In this document: positions 51,896 through 62,691 of the stretch, piece after piece
Layout: each line of letters begins with the position of its first letter
Position numbering within the stretch: position 1 is the first letter of the stretch
From: Mytilus californianus
Taxonomy: Eukaryota
Reading direction: 5' to 3'
NCBI RefSeq assembly: GCF_021869535.1
Contig: NW_026262701.1
Coordinates: forward strand, 102,114,001 to 102,178,000
DNA: 64,000 nt
Translations under genes and position numbers: made by a program
The notes under the pieces: generated by a model
Told to the model about the DNA's origin: nothing
Database searches by the model: none
The model's input: only the letters and a program-made list of their open reading frames with translations

Positions 51896-53097
51896 CCCTT
51901 ACCGAAAAATAAGCTCTGCGGCAAACATTTGCCGCAAGTTTGCAGCAAACATTGCCGCAAGCTTGCAGCAAACATTTGCTGCAAACTTGCCGCAACCATT
52001 TTACCATGCAAATGAAGGTTGCGGCAAGCTTGCTGCAAACATAATTATGCAAATTGGATTTGCCGCAAGCTTGCGGCAATTGTATGCTGCAAGCTTGCGG
52101 CAATCGTTTGTTGCAAACTTGCGGCAAACTTGCAGGAACTACACATTATATACCAATGTCATGTGTGTAGACATATTCAATGTATCTCATTCAAATTACA
52201 CAGCAACATTTTTAAAAAATCAATTCATGCCTGTATACAAACAGTCATTGAAAGAGTTCTTGCAAACTTACGAGATTTAAGGAAATACATACATGCATTT
52301 GAGTTTTGAAAAAGGGGGCAGGGGTCATTCTCAAATGACATCATATACCTTTATTAAGAAATGAAAAAGGATAAATCTCAAATGTGTATTGAGTATAAAG
52401 CTAGGTAACAATTGCATAACAGAATTGAACTTAGTTTTAATAAACATGGTACAGTACATGTACATCAGTTACAAAATTCAAACGTATAATAGCTAAAGTT
52501 TTTCATTACACACATACATGTATATATAGTTGCTTACTTTATTATGTATGATGATAACATTAATTATTTTATTAAAACATGCAGTTCTATGAATTATTTG
52601 TACTTACAAAATTACATACTGAATATCCTTATCTATTGAACCAAAATGCCTCCTTGATCTCTTATTTGTGAAATGCATTTTCCAAACACAACCAACATGA
52701 CCTAGCCACAATTTCAAATTGATAACTTCCAGGAAGTGCCAACTAGGCATGCCCAGTCAATTTTGTGTAATTCTTGCAATGTTCTGGCAAACATATAGAA
52801 TGGTCAAAGTTTTCTGCAATCTTGCGGCAAACATATAGAATGGTCAAAGTTTTCTGCAATCTTGCGGCAAACATTCTCTATAATTTTAAACTTTCTGGCA
52901 ATCTAACGGCAAACATTGATGTTTCTGCAAACTTGCCGCAAGCTTGCAGCAAAAAGCTGCAATGTTTGCCGGAAGTTTGCAGCTAGCGGCAAACATCTGC
53001 AAACACTATTTTCTGTGTTCCTGCAAACTTTTTGTTTGCCGCAAGCTTGCAGCAAGTCTGCTGCAAGTTTGCGGCAAACAATTCAGTTTCATAAGGG
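51896..53097. mobile_element. EnSpm/CACTA-like non-autonomous element (1.2 kb) with subterminal palindrome arrays
   Basis: Termini CCCTTA..GAAA / TTTC.TAAGGG, TT on both flanks, and dense TTGCCGCAAG/CTTGCGGCAA arrays at ~51918-52135 and ~52770-53080. Confidence 0.7.
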
Positions 53098-54140
53098 TTA
53101 ACTTTCATTACAGATTTTCCTTTTGGACTTGCGCTGTGTAGTTGCCGAATTTTTAACGAGAGAAGTTATGGTTAGGATCACTGCATACGGAAAAGTAGTC
53201 GTCGAATAAAACAATAATTCAATAGCAGTACATTTTGAAGATTTAGATAAATTAAACGAGTTTCTTTTAAATAAAAGTCCATGTACACGTGTTTTATAGT
53301 AAAACTTAGCCATTCCAAGTATATAAAACATAGTTAACTTTTTTTATAGGACTTTAACAAATTATTTAACAAAAATAAAGTAACAGATTGGTTTTGTTTT
53401 ATGGTAAAGGGATGACAACTCTTATGTATAAGATGTCTAATATCAGTCTGCCATCAAAAATTCATTATACGTTTTTCACATTCGTATGTAAATTCATCAT
53501 TAGAAAGATTTTTTTAATCAAATTTGATTGCAGTTCCGGCATAACGTCTGGGTTTTTACAAATATTAGAGCAATTCGGTAAGAAGTTTGGAACAGAAACG
53601 TTACAAGAAATAATTTGAAAACATGAATAATTTCTTTAAAAACATCATATTTTTGTTTTAGATTTTGCATTGAAACTTTTCATGTTTCAAGACAGATTTA
53701 AAGGTAGGATTAAAAAAAACGGTATAAATTTGTATTTATTTGTCAAGATATTTATATATCCTTTTCAACGCCCTGTTAATGTAGTAGTTAAAGAGATGAA
53801 TTATATGAATAAACGAGTTATATGAACACACAGAAACACTTTATTATTCGTTCGATATTTAAACATAGTTTATACTCTGCATAATTTAAGCTTTAGAATT
53901 ATCTAATTGTCATTAATGAAGATAAACATTAATAATATAAAGTTCACTTGTACCCTGATGGTATTTAAAAACGAAAAGCAAAGCTCGTCTGTCCAAAGTT
54001 ATTTATAAACGTGTTACTTTACTTTACTTTACTTTATTTTGTGGTGGTCTGTGAACTTTTTTTGAAAGAGAACGTCTAAGACCTTTGTGACATTACCCGA
54101 TGCATAGCAGCACAAAAGGGGTTGTTGTTGTTGTTGTTGT

Positions 54141-55034
54141 TACAGACTACTTCATTCGTAAATATAAATCAACGTGCAGACATCTTATACGTTCAGGTAT
54201 TTCACATCCAATATTTTATGGTAATATTCTTTACAAAGCACAAAAGTGTCGGCATTCACCTCAAAAGCTAACCAAACCTTTAAACAGACTTATTCGGAAA
54301 GGATATAGTTACGATACTGTTGTCAAGTCATTAAGGATTGCATATTTTGGTATTAATATTGATTCACTCATAGGGTCTTTGCATCGGAAATAAACACATT
54401 TATTCTAAAACCAGTTGTTGGCATGATACGGGTTATGTTCTTCTCATATATTTTATGATGATATGATACTAAACCCCTAACGGGAGAGATTGTACTTGAT
54501 TTTCCTATGATGAAGACATAATCTTTCAATCAGTTTAATTGAGGTCTGGAGCTGGCATGTCAGTAACTGCTAGTAGTCCTTTGTTCATTTATGTATCATT
54601 GTCATTTTGCTTAGTTTCTTTTGTTACCTTTTCTAACTTCTGACTCGGACTTCTTTAAAACTGAGTTTTACTGTGCGTATTGTTATGTGTTTCTTTATTC
54701 TACATTGGCTAGAGGTATAGGGGGAGGGTTGAGATCTCACAAAACATGTTTAACCCCGCCGCATTTTTGCGCCTGTCTCAAGTCAGGAGCATCTGGCCTT
54801 TGTTAGTCTTGTATGTTTTTTAAATTTAGTTCATTTAAAAGTTTTGAAGTTTAGTATGACGTCCATTTTCACTGAACTAGTACACAATTTTATTTAGGGA
54901 CCAGCTGAGGACCACCTCCGGGTGCGGGATTTTCTCTCTGCGTTGAAGACCCATCGGTGGCCTTCGGCCGTTGTCTGCTCTTTGGTCGGGTTGTTGTCTC
55001 TTTGACATATTCCCCATTTCCATTCTCAATTTTA
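54141..55034 (+). mobile_element. Penelope-like family 2, copy A (ORF end plus full 3' UTR), inverted relative to copy B
   Basis: ORF-end peptide GNILYKAQKC...IDSLIGSLHR matches 56602-56820; same 3' terminus; 5' junction at a (GTT)n microsatellite (~54120-54141). Confidence 0.88.
54445..54509 (+). promoter_or_regulatory. Degenerate SECIS-like element in Penelope-like copy A
   Basis: Same ATGAT/AAA/CCC-GGG/TGAT layout; helix II has two extra mismatches. Confidence 0.55.
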
Positions 55035-55080
55035 CTTGACGTAATGTTCAACGACGTAAGGATCGATTGGTAACCCCAAT

Positions 55081-55166
55081 ATGGCAGGTGTAATTTTGTG
55101 GGCGAATATTTTGATTATCCTGTTTTGTATACCCTGGCACAAGAATCAGTCATCTGATAATTTGAA
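55081..55166 (+). CDS. Tentative orphan gene exon 1, signal-peptide-like (MAGVILWANILIILFCIPWHKNQSSDNL)
   Basis: caatATGG start context, hydrophobic h-region, strong AA|GTAAGT donor at 55167; phase 2. Confidence 0.5.
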
Positions 55167-55447
55167 GTAAGTTTATCTTTAGTTTAAATTAATTGGCACT
55201 GGTGATTTAGATAAGGAAAAGTAGTTTAGTAGATGTGGTATGAATGTAAATGGGAACTTTTGAAAAAAATAACGACGTTACGTTTCTTTCCCTAAAAAAT
55301 CTTTTAAAGAACCACTTTTATTAAGAGTGATGGGTGCATATAGAGTTTAACCTTCTATAAACAGATGATTGTTTTATACAACAATAAAACGATTTCGGAA
55401 ATATAGTCATTTTTTTTATAAACACTTCTCGTGTTCTCCTTTTATAG

Positions 55448-55502
55448 AACGGAATTCCAGATTGTTTCCAAACTGGTTTATTTAGAGTTCAGCTCCAGTC
55501 AG
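55448..55502 (+). CDS. Tentative orphan gene exon 2 (55 nt)
   Basis: Long pyrimidine tract plus tttatag acceptor; CAG|GTAGGT donor; open in the frame set by exon 1 (TEFQIVSKLVYLEFSSSQ). Confidence 0.45.
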
Positions 55503-55962
55503 GTAGGTACCTAAAGTGTTTACAATGTTTTATGATAATTTATGTAGATCCTTTTAATTAGAATAATGTCGCCTTCAAAAGAAAAAGAAACAAAGAATAA
55601 ATTTGTCTGGACTTAATTTTGTTTTATTTCCCAGCACCCCGGCTCAAATGACATCAGCATATGTGTTTGTCAGAATGTTACAAATTTACATGTTTCTTTG
55701 TTTGTCAGAATGTTACAAAAGTACATGTTTCTGTGTTTGTCAGAATGATACAAAAGTAAATGTTTGTCAAAATGTTAAAAAACTGTATGTGTCTGTGTTT
55801 GTAAGAATGTTACAAAAAGTACATGTTTTTGTGTTTGTCAGAATTTCACAAAAAGTAAAGGTTTCTGTGTTTGTCAGAATGTCACAAAAAGTACATGTGT
55901 CTGTGTTGTCAGAATTTCACAAAAAGTAAATGTTTCTGTGTTTGTCAGCATGTCACAAATAG

Positions 55963-57515
55963 TAAAATTGAGAATGGAAATGGGGAATGTGTCAAAGAGA
56001 CAACAACCCGACCATAGAACAGACAACAGCAGAAGGTCACCAACAGGTCTTCAATGCAGCGAGAAATTCCCGCACCCGGAGGCGTCCTTCAGCTGGCCCC
56101 TAAACAAATATATATACTAGTTCAGTGATAATGAACGCCATACTAAACTCCAAATTGTACACAAGAAACTAAAATTAAAAATAATACAAGACTGACAAAG
56201 GCTAGAGGCTCCTGACTTGGGACAGGCGCAAAAATGCGGCGGGGTTAAACATGTTTATGAGATCTCAACCCTCCCCTATACCTCTAGCCAATGTAGAAAA
56301 GTAAACGCATAACAATACGCACATTAAAATTCAGTTCAAGAGAAGTCCGAGTCTAATGTCAGAAGATGTAACCAAAGAAAATAAACAAAATGACAATAAT
56401 ACATAAATAACAACAGACTACTAGCAGTTAACTGACATGCCAGCTCCAGACTTCAATTAAACTGATTGAAAGATTATGTCTTCATCATATGAATATCAGG
56501 CACAATCCTTCCCGTTAGGGGTTTAGTATCATACCATCATAACATATATGAGAAGAACATAACCCGTGTCATGCCAACAACTGGTTTTTAAATAAATGTG
56601 TTTAGTGCCGATGCAAAGACCCTATAAGTGAATCAATATTAACGCCAAAATATGCAATCTTTAATGACCTGACAACAGTATCGTAACTATATCCCTTCTT
56701 AATAAGTCTATTTAAAGGTTTTGTTAGCTTCAGAGGTGAATACTGACATTTTTGTGCTTTATAAAGAATATTTCCATAAAAATTGGATGTGAAATACCTG
56801 AACGTATAAGAAGTCTGCATGTTGAGCTATATTTACGAATGATGTCCTTATACCGATGATAAAATTTAATAAATGTTTTGACTAGTTTGTGATATCGAAA
56901 ACCCTGGTGTAATAATTTTTCAGTAATACATAAATTTCTCTCGTTAAAATCTAAAACATTGTTACATACACGAGCGAATCGTACAAGTTGAGATATATAA
57001 ACACCGTAAGATAGTGACAAGGGAACGTCACCATCTAAAAATGGATAATTAACGATAGGAAATGAAAAATCATCTCTTTTATCATATATTTTAGTATTAA
57101 GCTTTCCGTTAATGATATAGATATCAAGATCGAGGAAAGGGCAGTGGTCATTGTTGGTATTAGCTTTATTTAAAGTAAGTTCAACAGGATACATTTCTTT
57201 AGTATACATACTGAAGTCGTCATTATTGAGAGCCAAAATATCATCCAAATATCTAAAAGTATTATTAAATTTGTGTATCAGATGTTGTTTCGATGGGTCT
57301 TTGCTGATTTTTGTCATAAATTGTAACTCATAGCAATACAAAAAAAGGTCCACAATAAGTGGTGCACAGTTAGTCCCCATTGGAATTCCGATAACCTGAC
57401 GATATACGGAATCTCCAAAGCGAACAAAAATGTTATCTAGTAAAAATTCAAGGGCATATATAGTATCAAAGCATGTCCAATTGACATAGTTTTTTTGTTT
57501 ATTGCTACTAAAAAA
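55963..57515 (-). mobile_element. 5'-truncated Penelope-like retroelement (Naiad-like family 2), copy B, inserted in the 35-bp satellite
   Basis: RT C-terminal half (GIPMGTNCAP, FRYLDD, YDKRDDF, SYGVYISQL), one frameshift near 56740, no C-terminal GIY-YIG, ~640-bp 3' UTR ending ...ccattctcaatttt. Confidence 0.88.
56486..56550 (-). promoter_or_regulatory. Form-2 SECIS-like element in the 3' UTR of Penelope-like copy B
   Basis: Sense strand: helix I ATATG/CATAT, core ATGAT...TGAT, 11-bp helix II GGTATGATACT/AGGATTGTGCC (one A-G mismatch), unpaired AAA, apical mini-helix CCC/GGG. Confidence 0.72.
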
Positions 57516-60500
57516 TGACATGTTTCTGTGTTTGTCAGAATGTCACAAAAAGTACAGGTTTCTCTGTTTGTCACAATGTCACAAAAAGTACATATTCTGG
57601 TATTTGTCAGAATGTCACAAAAAGTACATGTTTCTGTGTTTGTCAGAATGTCATGAAAGTACATGTGTCTGTGTTTGTCAGAGTGTCATGAAAGTACATG
57701 TGTCTGTGTTTGTCAAAATGTTACAAAAGTATATGTTTCTGTTTGTCAGAATGTTACAAAAGTACATGATTTTGTAGTTGTCAAAATATTACAAAATTTC
57801 ATGTTTCTGTTTTTGTCAAAATGTTACAAAAGTACATATTTCTCTGTTTGTCAGAATGTTACAAAAGTACATGTGTCTGTGTTTGTCAGAATGTCATGAA
57901 AGTACATGTTTCTGTGTGTGTCAAAATGTAACAAAAATACATGTGTCTGTGTTTGTCAGAATGTCATAAAAGTACATGTTTCTGTGTGTGTCAAAATGTA
58001 ACAAAAATACATGTTTCTGTGTTTGTTAAAATGTTACAAAAGACATGTTTCTGTGTTTGACAAAATGTTACAAAAAGTACATGTTACTGTGTTTGTCAGA
58101 ATGTTACAAAAGTAAATGTTCCTGTGTTTGTCAGAATGTTACAAATGTACATGTTTCTGTGTTTGTCAGAATGTTAAATAGGTACATGTTCTGGTGTTTG
58201 TCAAAATGTTACAAATGTACATATTTCTGTGATTGTCAGAATGTACTAAATATAAAAAGGAGTTGTGGTATGATTGCCAATGAGACAACTATCCACCAAA
58301 GTTCAAATGAAGTAGATGTAAGCAATTATAGGCAACCTTACGGCCTTTAACAATGAGAAAAACCCCACCGTGTGTTGAATAGGTAACCTTTCAGAATAAT
58401 AAAATTGAAAAGTTTATTTAAAGGGTTGATAAGTTTACCCGGATCGTATCTAAATTTCCGGGCTCGGTTTACAACATCACTGTAAAATTTAGGATGTGCT
58501 ATTCCGTTTGAAATAAGTTTTCTACAGGTACAGCCATACCTGCAGACGAAATCTTTGTATCTATGAAAGACATGTTTCTGAGTTTGTCAAAATGTTACAA
58601 AAGTTCGTATTTCTGCTATTAAGCACGTTACAAATGTACATGTTTCTGGGTTTTTCAGAATGTTACAAAAGAACATGTTTCTGTGTTTTTAGGAATATCA
58701 TGAAATCACATGTTTCTGTGTTTGTCAAAATATTATAAAAGAACATGTTTATGTGTTTGTCAGAATGTTAAAAATATAGATGTTTCTGTGTTTGTCAGAA
58801 TTTTACATAGATACATGTTTTTGTGTTTGTCAAAATGTTACAAATGTACATGTTACTGTGTTTGTCAAAATGTACTTAAGCACGTTACAAATGTACATGT
58901 TTCTGTGTTTTTCAAGATGTTTCAAAAGTACATGTTTCTGTGTTTGTCAGAATGTCACAAAAGCTCATGTTTCTGTGTTTTGTAAGAATGTCACAAAAGT
59001 ACATGTTTCTGTTTCTCAGAATGTTAAAAAAGAACATGTTTCTGTATTTGTCAAAATGTTACAAAAGTACATGTTTCTGGGTTTCTCAAAATGATACAAC
59101 AGTACATGTTTTTGTGTTTGTCAGAATGTCATAAAAGTACAAGTTTCTATGTCTGTCATAATGATACAAAAGTACATGTTTCTGTGTTTGTCAGAATGTT
59201 ACAAATTTACATGTTTCTGTGTTTGTTAGAATGTGACATAGGTACCTGTTTTTTTGTTTGTCAAAATGTTACAAATGTTTAGTTTCTGTGTTTGTCAGAA
59301 TGTACTTAAGCACGAAACAAATGTACATGTTTCTGTGTTTTTCAGAATGTTACAAAAGTACATGTGTCTGTGTTTGTCAGAATGTCATGAAAGTACATGT
59401 TTCTGTGTTTGTCAAAATGTTACAAAAGAACATGTTTCTGTGTTTGTCAGAATGTTACAAAAGAACATGTTTCTGTGTTTGTCAGAATGTTACAAAAGTA
59501 CATGTTTCTGTGTTTGTCAAAATGTTACATAGGTACATGTTTCTGGGTTTGTCAAAATGATACAACAGTACATGTTTCTGGGTTTGTCAAAATGTTACAA
59601 AAGTACATGTTTCTGTGTTTGTTAAAATGTTACAAAAGTACATGTTTCTGTTTTTGTCAGAATGTTACAAAAGTACATGTTTCTGTGTTTGTCAGAATGT
59701 TACATAGGTACATGTTTCTGGGTTTGTCAAAATGTTACAAAATACATGTTTCTGTGTTTGTTAAAATGTTACAAAAGCACATGTTTCTGTGTTTGTCAAA
59801 ATGTTACAAATGTACATGTTTCTGTGTTTGTCAGAATGTACTTAAGCACATTACAAATTTACATGTTTCTGTGTTTTTCAAAATGTTTCAAAAGAACATG
59901 TTTCTGTTTGTCAGAATTTCACAAAAGCTCATGTTTCTGTGTTTTGTCAGAATGTCACAAACGTACATGTTTATGTGTTTGTCAGAATGTTACAAAAGTA
60001 CATGTTTTGTGTTTGTCAGAATGTCACAAAAGTACATGATTCTGTGTTTGTCAGAATGTCATGAAAGTTCAAATTTCTGCTATTTTTCTTTATCTCATAA
60101 TGCAAAAGATACCTACTGTGATTTCTAATATTTATAGAATGAACACTATACTATTGATTTTACAAGTTTCTATGTCTGTCATAATGATACAAAAGTACAT
60201 GTTTCTGTGTTTGTCAGAATGTTACAAATTTACATGTTTCTGTGTTTGTCAGAATGTGACATAGGTACCTGTTTTTGTGTTTGTCAAAATGTTACAAATG
60301 TTTAGTTTCTGTGTTTGTCAGAATGTACTTAAGCACGAAACAAATGTACATGTTTCTGTGTTTTTCAGAATGTTACAAAAGTACGTGTGTCTGTGTTTGT
60401 CAGAATGTCATGAAAGTACATGTTTCTGTGTTTGTCAAAATGTTACAAAAGAACATGTTTCTGTGTTTGTCAGAATGTTACAAAAGTACATGTTTCTGTG

Positions 60501-61160
60501 TTTGTCAAAATGTTACATAGGTACATGTTTCTGGGTTTGTCAAAATGATACAACAGTACATGTTTCTGGGTTTGTCAAAATGTTACAAAAGTACATGTTT
60601 CTGTGTTTGTTAAAATGTTACAAAAGTACATGTTTCTGTGTTTGTCAGAATGTTACAAAAGTACTTGTTTCTGTGTTTGTCAGAATGTTACATAGGTACA
60701 TGTTTCTGGGTTTGTCAAAATGTTACAAAATACATGTTTCTGTGGTTGTTAAAATGTTACAAAAGCACATGTTTCTGTGTTTGTCAAAATGTTACAAATG
60801 TATATGTTTCTGTGTTTGTCAGAATGTACTTAAGCACATTACAAATTTACATGTTTCTGTGTTTTTCAAAATGTTTCAAAAGAACATGTTTCTGTTTGTC
60901 AGAATTTCACAAAAGCTCATGTTTCTGTGTTTTGTCAGAATGTCACAAACGTACATGTTTATGTGTTTGTCAGAATGTTACAAAAGTACATGTTTTGTGT
61001 TTGTCAGAATGTCACAAAAGTACATGATTCTGTGTTTGTCAGAATGTCATGAAAGTTCAAATTTCTGCTATTTTTTTTAATTTCATAATGCAAAAGATAC
61101 CTACTGTGATTTGTAATATTTATAGAATAAAGAATGAACACTATACTGTTGATTTTACAG

Positions 61161-61275
61161 TTTCTGAGTGTAAATGTAAGCAGTATATGGAGGGTTGCTT
61201 CAGCAGTACGTGTGATTACTGGTTTTCTGTGTTTCCTTATTTATCAAGTGGTTCTACAGTGGCGAGCTGAGAAAG
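61161..61275 (+). CDS. Tentative orphan gene exon 3 (115 nt)
   Basis: ttttacag acceptor, AAG|GTAACT donor; phase 0 to 1 frame open (FLSVNVSSIWRVASAVRVITGFLCFLIYQVVLQWRAEK); the true reading frame is ambiguous (see findings). Confidence 0.5.
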
Positions 61276-61824
61276 GTAACTATCCAAGGTCGGAAACGAA
61301 ATATAACATTATTTTGTATTCACTCAAGTTCTTTTTGTTTCAGAATATTGTTAAATACATCATGTAAATACCGAAATACTGGTCGTGCGATAGGAAATCG
61401 TTATCTTAAGTTGATACCTATCTTAGTACGAAGAGCATTTTCTTCGCCAAAAATGATTTTGTCACTAAAACAGCAACCCATCATAGACAGCTGACAAGAA
61501 ATTAATCATATAACTGTCACTCACCAGTAACAAGAAATTCCTCGTAATTTTTTCACCCACCACAGGTAATTGAAACATCAATTTGAAACAAATAAAAAAT
61601 AACGACCAATGAACTGATTAATTCGTCACTATTTTAAAAATAAACAAATCTCCACAATCACAATAAGAAAATATCTGTGAAAATGTTTTACGCGCCTTCT
61701 AAAAATGCAAAACAAAAACAGTTACACAACAACAATATCATATAGTAAATGAAACACAATGATCAGATTCACAAGACCGATACTGAAGACCAAAAGTTTT
61801 GAATACCATTATAGTAACTTTCAG

Positions 61825-61896
61825 AATTCGATTTGTTTACGGAGGGATGTAGAGATGCCAACAACCGAGTAATGCAAATCTTTAAGTTTTATAGAG
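61825..61896 (+). CDS. Tentative orphan gene exon 4 (EFDLFTEGCRDANNRVMQIFKFYR)
   Basis: ctttcag acceptor, GAG|GTATTA donor; 72 nt; only the phase-1 frame is open, matching both neighbours. Confidence 0.58.
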
Positions 61897-61938
61897 GTAT
61901 TAAACAGTTGGTTTATTGCTTATTATTATTCCTGATCC

Positions 61939-62097
61939 TGTCAAACAGTCAGATATGTTGTTTAGTAGTACCTGTTGTCGACTCTTCCTTAGATGTCAAA
62001 CAGTCAGATATGTTGTTTAGTAGTACCTGTTGTCGACTCTTCCTTAGATGTCAAACAGTCAGATATGTTGTGTAGTAGTACCTGTTGTCGACTCTTC
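61939..62097. repeat. 55-bp tandem repeat, ~2.9 near-identical copies
   Basis: Units start at 61939, 61994 and 62049. Confidence 0.92.
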
Positions 62098-62419
62098 ATG
62101 GAATAGACAAACGCACAATCTCTAAGAAATACTGAAAGATTTATCCCTATTATATACCCGGAGTGTAAAATCAAGATTTTATTAGTAGTACAATTCATTT
62201 GTATTAGTTCACAGTAGTACAATAAGCCTCTCTCTTTTTTTCACATCACAAATGGTATTGACCAAAAACTCTTAGAAATAGTCTGAATCCCTAACAAATT
62301 TCATAGTTTTTGTTTGTTAAACGTCTTGTTGAAAATATTGTATGCATATTAATGGTAAGCCGTATGAAAATACAGCTATTTCTTATTAAATATGTGTCAG
62401 TACAACATATTGATTTCAG

Positions 62420-62691
62420 ATGTTGAAACCAGATTTTCCTATCTAAAATCGCAGTCATCTTCTGTACAAGGTAGATTCAAAAGAGCCATGAAAATGATAG
62501 CTGATTTTAAAGTATACGACAATATTAAAGTCGATTTCCACACTACAAGATGCAGCTGGTTTAAAGAACTATCATTTACCAGTCGTTTTGATGCAGACGT
62601 ACTGAATGGAAAGGGGCCCATTACCGAACAAGGAACCCAGGTCCAGCTCACTATGGCTAAAGGGTTTTTAAGTAAATGTAACAACATCTAA
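62420..62691 (+). CDS. Tentative orphan gene terminal exon (DVETRFSYLK...GFLSKCNNI*)
   Basis: tttcag acceptor; 89 open codons in AT-rich surroundings; AATAAA at 62692-62697 directly after the TAA. Confidence 0.62.

Larger units (their letters stand above)
55658..61068. repeat. 35-bp satellite array (consensus CATGTTTCTGTGTTTGTCAGAATGTTACAAAAGTA) in several blocks
   Basis: 35-nt period (for example 59431 to 59466); blocks at ~55658-55959, 57516-58246, 58570-60078 and 60164-61068. Confidence 0.95.

Noticed and set aside
51819-53141. Cys/Ala/Lys-rich ORFs (CKLAA repeats)
   Set aside because: They are translations of the subterminal palindrome arrays.
57502-61080. Many Cys-rich ORFs of 60-267 aa
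   Set aside because: They are translations of the stop-free 35-bp satellite, not evidence of metallothionein-like or keratin-associated-type genes.
61268-61270. TGA in the Cys-rich frame read as selenocysteine using a nearby SECIS
   Set aside because: The sense SECIS lies upstream, the other is antisense and intronic, and readthrough would still be out of phase with exon 4.
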